64,000 nucleotides of DNA, taken from assembly GCA_965222375.1 (NCBI GenBank), contig CBDCTZ010000012.1, positions 320,001 through 384,000 on the forward strand, written 5' to 3'. Made by a program: the position numbers and the translations under genes. Below the pieces are notes generated by a model. The model searched no databases, was not told the DNA's origin, and saw only the letters and a program-made list of their open reading frames with translations. Positions 56,569-64,000 of the stretch are shown piece by piece (within the stretch, counting starts at the first letter, position 1; the number at the start of each line of letters is the position of its first letter). Source of the stretch: Polyangiaceae bacterium (GTDB lineage Bacteria; Myxococcota_A; Polyangia; Polyangiales; Polyangiaceae).

Positions 56569-58928
56569 GCACTGCTTCGCAACTGGTGCGCGCAGCCGTA
56601 ATCTCGGCTTGCGCCGCACTCGCAGCTTTCAGCGCTTGGGTCCTCGCGACTCCGCTGCCTGTCGCTCTGTCCGCTTCCGAGACACCGGAGTCTGGGCAGC
56701 GCTTTCTAGACCGGCACGGGCGCCTGATTCGGACTGCACGCGTCGACTCGGGCTCCCGGGCGGAGTGGGTGCCGATTCCCGAACTCTCTGCCTCTACCAT
56801 CGCTGTTCTACTGGCTGCTGAAGACAAGCGCTTCTATTGGCACCCTGGCATCGACCCGATCGCGGTGACTCGCGCGCTTGGACAACTGGTTTGGCACCGG
56901 CGCGCCGTGAGCGGCGCAAGCACCCTGACCCAGCAGCTCGCTCGCACCCTGCAGCCCCGGCCGCGTACCTTGCGTGGGAAGGCAGGGGAAGCGGTGCTTG
57001 CGCTGCGGATGGAGTTGTCGCTGGGCAAAAACGCGTTGCTGGAGCAGTACGTGAACCGCGTGGACTTCGGACCTAACGTTCGCGGGATCGGGGCGGCCAG
57101 CCGGCTGTACTTCGACAAGCCCGCTGGTGCGCTTTCCGTTGCCGAGGCCGCGACCCTGGTCGGCATGGTTCGGGGCCCCAGCTTGTACGATCCAACCAAG
57201 AACCCGCACTTGGCACACGCTCGCCGGGATCGAGTGCTCCGGCGGGCGGAGCGGGCGGGTTTGCTGCCCGCCCAAGACGTGGCTCAGGCCCTGGCGGAGC
57301 CCTTGCGCCTGCAGCGCTCCGCGCTCGAGGAGGGTGGGCGTCATTTCCTGCGCGCGCTGCGCATGGGCGCCCTGGATTCCCCGGTGGGTGCCGGCGGCGG
57401 GGATGAATTCAAGACCAGTCTCGATTTCGGCCTGCAAATCGAAGTGGAGCGCCTGGCACGCCGAGCCGTAGAGCGTCTCGGCGCCCACGACGTATCGGCA
57501 GCGGCCGTGGTCGTACTGGATAATCGCAGCGGCGACGTGTTGGCCTACGTGGGTTCCGCAGGTTTCTTCGATCAGCGGAGCTTGGGTCAAAACGACGGTG
57601 TGCTGGCGCTTCGGCAACCCGGCTCAACCTTGAAACCCTTCGTCTACGCCACCGCGATGGAGCGCCTGGGTTACACGGCAGCGACGATCTTGCCAGACAT
57701 CGAGCTACACCTGGCCACCGCCGAGGGCGACTATCGACCCAAAAACTACAATGGCCGACAGCATGGCCCGGTTCGGCTGCGGGAGGCATTGTCCAACTCG
57801 TTGAACATCCCCGCCGTACTCGTGGCTTCCCGAGTTGGGCCCACCCGTGTGCTGGCTACACTTCGGCGCGCGGGCTTCGATTCTCTGACTGAAGACGCTG
57901 CCCACTACGGTGCTGCGATCGCTTTGGGGGATGGCGAAGTTCGATTGCTCGAATTGGCGGCGGCCTACACCTCCCTGGCGAATGCGGGCCGCATGCGTCC
58001 GCCGCGCTTCGTGCTCGCGTCCCGTCTGAAGTCCGGGCAATGGCAGCAACACCCGCCCCACTCTCTGCGCAAGCTCATGCGCCCACAAACCGCGGCTGTG
58101 CTATTCGACGTGCTTTCGGATCCCGTGGCCCGAGCGGGCGCTTTCGGGCGTGGGAACGTTCTCGAATTGCCCTTCGCCGCTGCAGTAAAGACCGGTACAA
58201 GCAAAGGCCATCGCGACAATCTCGCGGTGGGGGTCAGCGGGCCGGTCACCGTTGCGGTCTGGGTGGGCAACTTCGATGGTCGGCCCATGATCCGCACCAG
58301 CGGGGTGACGGGCGCGGGGCCACTGTTTCGTCAGGTGATGATGGCTGCGATGCGTGGCAGGAACCCCGCGGCGCCGTCTTCGGACGCTCGCCTCGTGTCC
58401 GCAGCTGTCTGCGAGCGCAGTGGCCAGCGCCCGGGGCCGCACTGCACGCACACCGTTACCGAGAAGTTCGCCTCCGGAAACCAGGCAGGCCGCGAATGCG
58501 ACTTGCATCGGCAAGTCTGGGTCGATGCTGACAATGGCCTGCTCTCGGCGCCGGGTTGCCCAAGGGCAGAGCAGCGCGTGGTGGAAGTCTATGCGCCCCG
58601 CTACCGTGCCTGGGCCAAGCGAGTGGGGCGGCCCATCGGTCCCCAAACAGCCAGTCCGCGCTGCCCTCGAGCGAAGCCGACGCTGCAACGCGCACGGATC
58701 GCATTCCCCTACGACGGCGCTCGCTTCTTGAGGGATCCCGCCCTGGCCGCGTCCCAGCAGCGCCTGAGCGTGCGTCTGCAATCAGCGGGAGCTCGGTTCC
58801 GTCTGAGTTTGGACGGCCGAGTCGTCGCCGAACGAGGGTCGCCCACGATCCCGCTCAGCCCGGGGCACCACCGCCTCGTGTTGCAGACTGCGGGTGGCCG
58901 CGACGAAGTGGCGTTCGTCGTCGATTGA
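56565..58928 (+). CDS. pbpC: Penicillin-binding protein 1C
   Basis: EDKRF, GASTLTQQLAR, RQPGSTLKPF, SLN and KTGTS. GTGA overlap with the alpha-2-macroglobulin gene. Confidence 0.93.
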   Translation: MSTASQLVRAAVISACAALAAFSAWVLATPLPVALSASETPESGQRFLDRHGRLIRTARVDSGSRAEWVPIPELSASTIAVLLAAEDKRFYWHPGIDPIAVTRALGQLVWHRRAVSGASTLTQQLARTLQPRPRTLRGKAGEAVLALRMELSLGKNALLEQYVNRVDFGPNVRGIGAASRLYFDKPAGALSVAEAATLVGMVRGPSLYDPTKNPHLAHARRDRVLRRAERAGLLPAQDVAQALAEPLRLQRSALEEGGRHFLRALRMGALDSPVGAGGGDEFKTSLDFGLQIEVERLARRAVERLGAHDVSAAAVVVLDNRSGDVLAYVGSAGFFDQRSLGQNDGVLALRQPGSTLKPFVYATAMERLGYTAATILPDIELHLATAEGDYRPKNYNGRQHGPVRLREALSNSLNIPAVLVASRVGPTRVLATLRRAGFDSLTEDAAHYGAAIALGDGEVRLLELAAAYTSLANAGRMRPPRFVLASRLKSGQWQQHPPHSLRKLMRPQTAAVLFDVLSDPVARAGAFGRGNVLELPFAAAVKTGTSKGHRDNLAVGVSGPVTVAVWVGNFDGRPMIRTSGVTGAGPLFRQVMMAAMRGRNPAAPSSDARLVSAAVCERSGQRPGPHCTHTVTEKFASGNQAGRECDLHRQVWVDADNGLLSAPGCPRAEQRVVEVYAPRYRAWAKRVGRPIGPQTASPRCPRAKPTLQRARIAFPYDGARFLRDPALAASQQRLSVRLQSAGARFRLSLDGRVVAERGSPTIPLSPGHHRLVLQTAGGRDEVAFVVD

Positions 58929-58931
58929 GTC

Positions 58932-61900
58932 TCAGCCGTCGAGGCCGACTTGCTTGCGCGCCGCTGCGTACTGCTCGCTGACGCTGAACACTGCCAGGTC
59001 GCGCGCCTCGGGATTGCGCAGGATCCACTTGAGCCTATCCGGTCCTTCGGCGGGGGGTGGCCCGTGGCCGGCGTTCAGCGCAACCGCAGAAAACGCCGTC
59101 ACCGGGCTACCGATGGCCAGCAGCGCGACGCGATCACCCCACTGGTGAATTGCCGTCGCGACCTGGGATGCTCGGTTGCCGATGGAGCCTATGACCTCCA
59201 GAGCGAGTACGGGAACATCGTCGTCCAAGCGTCGGGCAATGGCGCGCTGGATCCGGTCGCGAGTATCGGCGAGTTTCTTGGCGTCGATGTTGGGAGGTTG
59301 CCAGTTCGGGGCAAACACTGACAGATAGCCAGCGAGGGTTGGCCACAGCTCAATGGGAGATTTGCGCGACAGCGTACACGCATTGGCTTGAATGATCTTG
59401 AGCGCGCGAACCAGCAAGTAGTCCCGCAACGCTGAGTTCGGGTGTTCGAGCAGCTCCGTGCCAACGATGAGCTGGGGCGGCATCCCCGTCATCGGAAGCG
59501 CTTGCGCACCGATGGTCGGCGAAGCGAGGACGGATAGTCCGGAGATTCCGAATCGAGCTGCCAGTTGCTCCAATTCCCGCTGAACCGCGGCGGACTCTTG
59601 AGGTAGGGGAGTGGCTCGCATGGTCTTGGGGTCGACGGCGTAGGCGGCGTCCAGAGCGTCCGCGCTCTTCTTCAACAGTGCCCGCAGGGGCAAGGTGAGC
59701 AGCTCGGGTGCAAGTAGGTCGTCTAGTTTGGGATCCGCGGCTGCTGCGCCTGCGCCCAACACTTCCTCTTCGCGTCCTTCGATGGCGGCCAAGGTCGCGT
59801 TGGCGATTTGCGCTGCGCCCCCGCCACCGCGCAGCTCAGCGACTGTCGCCAATTGCGAAAACAGCCCCGGCTCGAAGCGCCCAGTGCTGAGCGCCCGGCG
59901 CGCATCGTTGGCCGCTCGGTCCAGGAGCACGTTCAGGGCGGTGGTTTCGCCGTGGCGCTGGTAGAACTCCGCCAGAGCCTTGAGCACCGATCCATCCTGA
60001 GGCCAAGTCTTGCGGGCCCGATCGAGAGTGGTCTCAGCCTTGCGCTTGTCTTCCAGAACTTCTTCATATACCCGGGCCAGGTTCAGGGTGCGCTCTCGCT
60101 TCTCCTCCGGGCTTCTAGCGCGGGTAACGAGCTCCGTAGCCATCTCGACGGCCTTCGCCGGGTCCCCAAGGCGACCATAGACGAACACCAGTTTTTGTTG
60201 GGCGTCGACGTCGTTGGGCTCACGCTTGAGGATCTCTTTGTAGGCCAACTCCGCGCGTTGCGGATTGGGCAGCTCACCATCGTAGAGCGCACCGAGGCGT
60301 CGGTAGCTCTCGAGCTGTCTTGCTGGGTCTACGTCGGAACGCGCAAGGCGAATCAGTGACTGCTCGGCGCCTTCCCAATCGCCTTCTTGGGCACAGACAT
60401 CTGCAAAGGCGTCGAGGGCGTCGACGTGGTCGGGGTTTTCGTCCAGGGCAGCGGCGAGCGCTTGTTTGGCGGCGTCGCGATCGCCGACTTCTGCCAGTGC
60501 CCGCCCCCGGGTGACCTCGAGTGCGACACGCTCTTCGGGGTCTTCGGTTTGATCCAGGCGTCGCTCAAGCAGGCTGGCAAGGCGCGCACGGTCCTCGCGA
60601 GCAACGTACTGAGCCCGGAGGCGTTCGAAGACGTCCGAATAGGTCAGGTCGATCTCGGCTGCCTTCTCTAACGCCGCCAACCCCTTGTCCGCATCATCGG
60701 CTTTGTCCAGCCAGAGCACGGCGGCGGCGTGCCAGCCTTCGAGCTGATGGCGCTCGACCTTGCTCGAACTCGAGAGAGTCTCCAAAGCCCTTGCGGCACC
60801 GGTGCAGTCGTCGAGCTTCTCCAGTATGACGATCTCCGCAGCCAAGGCCGTCGGGTGTTCCGGCAATAGCTCAAGAGCGCGCTCGAGCAGGCCGCGTGCG
60901 CCTTCTAGATCTCCAGAGCGGGCGCTGGCCTCGGCCGCGCGTACAAAGAGGGTGGCTGCATCGATCGCCCGGTTGGCACGGTCCGCCAACATACGCGTGG
61001 CTCGCAGAATGGCTGCGTCGTCCCCTGCTTTGATCGCGTTGGCCGTGAGGTAGCGCAGCGCCCACAAGGGTGGCTGCTCGCGCTTGGTGACTCTTTCAAT
61101 CACATCGCCGGCCGCATCGGCATTGTCGGTGCGCTCGTAGGCTGCGTGGGCGATGAAGGCCTGCGCGACGCCCTCAGGCCCCTCCAAGATGCCGCTGAGC
61201 TTGTCCGCGATGGGAGCGAGATCCTCCAGGCGCGCACCACTGACGTATTCGTGGGCCAAGCGGTGGAGTGCAGGCAAGTGACCTGGATCGCCCTCGATGA
61301 TGGCGGCATCCCAGAGCAGTGCGCTGGCAGCTTCGCCGCGGAGGCGATCGAGCCGCGCCAGGCGGGCGTATAGAGCGCGCTGTTCCTGCGGGTCTTCGCT
61401 CTCCTTCGCGGCCGCCAACCACTGCTCGGCGTAGTCCGTGGCAGAAGCCCCGAATGCGGCCAAGCGCTCAGCGGTCAGCCTCGCGAGACCGCCGTGGCTT
61501 TGCGCTTTGGTCGCCGCGGCTGCGGCCGCGGGCAAGTCCCCGGCCCGTTCGTGTTCCAGGGCGGCTTCCAACAACAGAGCTGCCTGGTCGACGCCTTCGG
61601 CAAGCTCTGCGGCCTCTTCGCGCCATTTGGCCCGCTCGGCTCCCGCCGTGGGGATCAGACGCTCGTGAAGCTCTCGCAGCGCTACGTCACCGGGTTGGGC
61701 GGCGGTCGATTCGCCGAGCAATGCGGACGCGCCCTCGCGGTCGTCCTCCGCCGTGAGCAATGCTTCCCGGATGGCGTCCCAAGAGCGCTCGATGGGATCC
61801 TCCGACACAGCCCGTCCGGCCCGGAGCCACTCGACCAGCTTGCCCACGTCGCCTGCAGTTCGGGCACGCTCCTCACCAAGGCGGTACGCGAAGGGCAGGG

Positions 61901-64000
61901 CCGGAGCGGCCTCCGCTGCCCGTTGGATCAATGCCGAAGCGACGTCGTCCGCATCCGCCCGTAGGGCCGCTTCGAGTAGCAGCAGCGCCTTCTGAAGATC
62001 GTCGCCTGCAGCATCCGCGACACCCACCAACACTTCGGTCGATTCCGCTGGGGGTAGGTGCTGAAGCAACGCCCGACCACTGGCCTCGCTGCTGGGATCT
62101 GCCGTGAGCGCTTCACGCAAACTGGACGTTGCTCTGTCCGCATCTCCGCTCAACTCATAGGCCAGAGCCGCGGCCAAGTACTGGTCCCTTTGCGCCTCGG
62201 CACCGTCCGGCGGAGTGGAGTCCGCCAGCGCCTTGGCCACGCGCTCGCCGCTCTGGTTTTGAATCAGGAGTTCTAAACGGAGTCGCTCTGCAGCGGGTGA
62301 CGCGTCGTCGAGGTTGGCGAAGCGCTCGACGGCAGCCGACAATAGCGAAGGATCTGCGCCTTCAACCCCTTGGGCGGACAAGGCTCTACCCAAGGCTATC
62401 GCCGCACGCACCTCCGGGGATCCCGTCAGTGGCTCCGCGGGTGCCTTCGCCGGTGCGGCGGTTGCGGTTGCGGCGGCTGACAGTACTGCCAACTCCGGGT
62501 CTTTCTGCAGTTCGGGTAGCCAAGGTGCGAGCGCTTCACGGCCACCTCCGGTGAGGGAAGCGAGGGCGACGCGATCCGCTGGAGTCACGACATCCGTCGT
62601 GGTTTCGGCGGACACCGCTGTGTTGACGGCTTCGGCGTCGCCCTGCTCCAGTGCCCGTGCCGCAAGAACTCGGCGAGCCGCCGCCCCATCGGGCGCCTTT
62701 TCGATGATACGGCGCAGGCTCTCGATGGCGCGCCCACGCGTCTCGGCGGCCGGAGCGTCCAGGCTCGCTGATAGCCACAGCGCTGCCAATTCGAGTTCCG
62801 CGATCGCCGTCAGACTGCGCGCAGCCTCGGCAGCGGCGGCCCGGTCCCCGGCCTGCGCAGCTCGGCGCAGGCTCTCGGCGCCCGAAAGGGGCGTGGCTTG
62901 CGTGGGCGCGGGGCCCCCACGTAGATGCGTCAAACTCGCGAGGGCATTGGCCAGAGGTTGCAGGCTGTCGTCCGGGGGTAGCTTGGCTTTCGGGGGGGAT
63001 GCGGATTGAGCGAGTTGGCCGGCCAGCTTTGCGACGATGCCTCTCGCGTCCTGCGGTGCGACGCGCACAAGCGCGTCGAGCTTTCGCTGGCTTGCAGCGG
63101 TGTCTCCGAGCTTCAGGCGGTGCACCTCGGTCGCCAAATAGGTGGCATGGGCGCGGTGTTCGACTTCCGGCGCGCTACGCGCCTCACTTTCGAGTAGCGC
63201 CGCGGCGCCCTTCCACTCGTCGTCTGCTTGCGCGAGCCAACGGGATTGACGTTGCACGACTGCGGAAGACGAAAGCACCGCGTGTGCTTCTGACGCCACC
63301 TCACGTCCGCGCTCGATATCGCCAGCCATCGCCCACAGCTCAGACGCGACGACCAAGCCCCGGGCCTTGCTCTGCGCGTCCGGGCGGGCGTGCGCTTCAT
63401 TCTCCATCCATTCCGCGCGGGCCTGCCAAACGTCGAGGTTGCCCTGGGCATTCAAATGGGCTGAAGCCGGTTGTTCCCCGTCGATGTCCGCACTGGACGC
63501 CGACTCTGGGGGCAGAGACTCCAGGATGGCAGCCGCTTCATCCTCGGAAAGAGCGCCTGCCACTGCCGCGCTAGCTTCGACCGCGGGAGCGGAATCCGCA
63601 GGCGGCTCAGGGGGCGCCGGCGACTCGCCCGTGGCCTCGGGCTCGGGTGGTGGGACAGTTGGGGATGCGAGGAGTGCGTCGATTTCACTGAGGTCGCCAA
63701 CGACTGTCGGCGCGTCGGAGATCTCCTCGTATTGATCGAGGGATAGCTCCGCCTCCTCATGAGGCACGCTCGGGATGGCTTCTCGTAGTTGCTCTACCGA
63801 CGTGCTGCGTGGCGGAGTGGGCTCGGACTCCAGCAGGGGCGCATCGGCGCGCAAGTCCAGATTCTCGAAATCCAGCTCGTCATCGAAGGCGCCAGCGAAC
63901 GGATCACCCTCGCCACCAGGATCCGCTGCTTGGGCGCTGGGCGCCGGGGGTGCGGCCGGTTGGGGTGGGCGTGGCGCTGGGGCTCCGCGAGGTGGCGGCG
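58932..64000 (-). CDS. Very large TPR-repeat protein, partial (5' end beyond the right edge)
   Basis: The frame stays open past 63854 to the window end (PPPRGAPAPRPPQP…FDDELDFENLDL). An acidic/Pro-rich disordered N-terminus is followed by more than 1300 aa of TPR-like helices. Confidence 0.85.
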   Translation of the reverse strand, partial: PPPRGAPAPRPPQPAAPPAPSAQAADPGGEGDPFAGAFDDELDFENLDLRADAPLLESEPTPPRSTSVEQLREAIPSVPHEEAELSLDQYEEISDAPTVVGDLSEIDALLASPTVPPPEPEATGESPAPPEPPADSAPAVEASAAVAGALSEDEAAAILESLPPESASSADIDGEQPASAHLNAQGNLDVWQARAEWMENEAHARPDAQSKARGLVVASELWAMAGDIERGREVASEAHAVLSSSAVVQRQSRWLAQADDEWKGAAALLESEARSAPEVEHRAHATYLATEVHRLKLGDTAASQRKLDALVRVAPQDARGIVAKLAGQLAQSASPPKAKLPPDDSLQPLANALASLTHLRGGPAPTQATPLSGAESLRRAAQAGDRAAAAEAARSLTAIAELELAALWLSASLDAPAAETRGRAIESLRRIIEKAPDGAAARRVLAARALEQGDAEAVNTAVSAETTTDVVTPADRVALASLTGGGREALAPWLPELQKDPELAVLSAAATATAAPAKAPAEPLTGSPEVRAAIALGRALSAQGVEGADPSLLSAAVERFANLDDASPAAERLRLELLIQNQSGERVAKALADSTPPDGAEAQRDQYLAAALAYELSGDADRATSSLREALTADPSSEASGRALLQHLPPAESTEVLVGVADAAGDDLQKALLLLEAALRADADDVASALIQRAAEAAPALPFAYRLGEERARTAGDVGKLVEWLRAGRAVSEDPIERSWDAIREALLTAEDDREGASALLGESTAAQPGDVALRELHERLIPTAGAERAKWREEAAELAEGVDQAALLLEAALEHERAGDLPAAAAAATKAQSHGGLARLTAERLAAFGASATDYAEQWLAAAKESEDPQEQRALYARLARLDRLRGEAASALLWDAAIIEGDPGHLPALHRLAHEYVSGARLEDLAPIADKLSGILEGPEGVAQAFIAHAAYERTDNADAAGDVIERVTKREQPPLWALRYLTANAIKAGDDAAILRATRMLADRANRAIDAATLFVRAAEASARSGDLEGARGLLERALELLPEHPTALAAEIVILEKLDDCTGAARALETLSSSSKVERHQLEGWHAAAVLWLDKADDADKGLAALEKAAEIDLTYSDVFERLRAQYVAREDRARLASLLERRLDQTEDPEERVALEVTRGRALAEVGDRDAAKQALAAALDENPDHVDALDAFADVCAQEGDWEGAEQSLIRLARSDVDPARQLESYRRLGALYDGELPNPQRAELAYKEILKREPNDVDAQQKLVFVYGRLGDPAKAVEMATELVTRARSPEEKRERTLNLARVYEEVLEDKRKAETTLDRARKTWPQDGSVLKALAEFYQRHGETTALNVLLDRAANDARRALSTGRFEPGLFSQLATVAELRGGGGAAQIANATLAAIEGREEEVLGAGAAAADPKLDDLLAPELLTLPLRALLKKSADALDAAYAVDPKTMRATPLPQESAAVQRELEQLAARFGISGLSVLASPTIGAQALPMTGMPPQLIVGTELLEHPNSALRDYLLVRALKIIQANACTLSRKSPIELWPTLAGYLSVFAPNWQPPNIDAKKLADTRDRIQRAIARRLDDDVPVLALEVIGSIGNRASQVATAIHQWGDRVALLAIGSPVTAFSAVALNAGHGPPPAEGPDRLKWILRNPEARDLAVFSVSEQYAAARKQVGLDG

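Noticed and set aside
1..64000. Mobile elements, prophage, defence systems, tRNA or rRNA
   Set aside because: I recognised no transposase, integrase, phage, cas or toxin-antitoxin motifs, no tRNA/rRNA signatures and no large compositional island by eye.

Overview
GC-rich (roughly 65% by eye) chromosomal window, most likely from a myxobacterium (Myxococcota, Polyangiaceae-like). The basis is Gly-linker Cys-rich lipoproteins, myxobacterial Cys-rich repeats, a VWA adhesin-like protein and a giant TPR protein. It is dominated by cell-envelope genes: a tamA-tamB-like pair (tamB runs off the left edge), a dcw cluster (mraZ-rsmH-ftsL-ftsI-murE-murF-mraY-murD-ftsW-murG-murC-ftsQ-ftsA-ftsZ, without murB or ddl), an alpha-2-macroglobulin/pbpC pair and about ten predicted lipoproteins. 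It also carries housekeeping and metabolic genes (rsmE, B12-binding module, kynureninase-like, ggt, moaB, rpsU), a multi-PAS hybrid kinase and a beta-propeller/di-haem cytochrome c operon. I saw no tRNA, rRNA, CRISPR array, transposase or phage gene. The most interesting signals are non-coding. Six sigma54-type -24/-12 motifs sit in intergenic gaps and point into downstream genes. One supports an easily missed 64-aa membrane microprotein divergent from the dcw operon, one lies ahead of ftsA-ftsZ, and two form a divergent pair at the alpha-2-macroglobulin locus. Other signals are a complete mraZ control region, candidate leaderless/bidirectional promoters, an ANGGA array ahead of ftsZ and a Cys-rich module nested inside a copy of itself. 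All calls were made by eye without database searches, so no novelty is confirmed.
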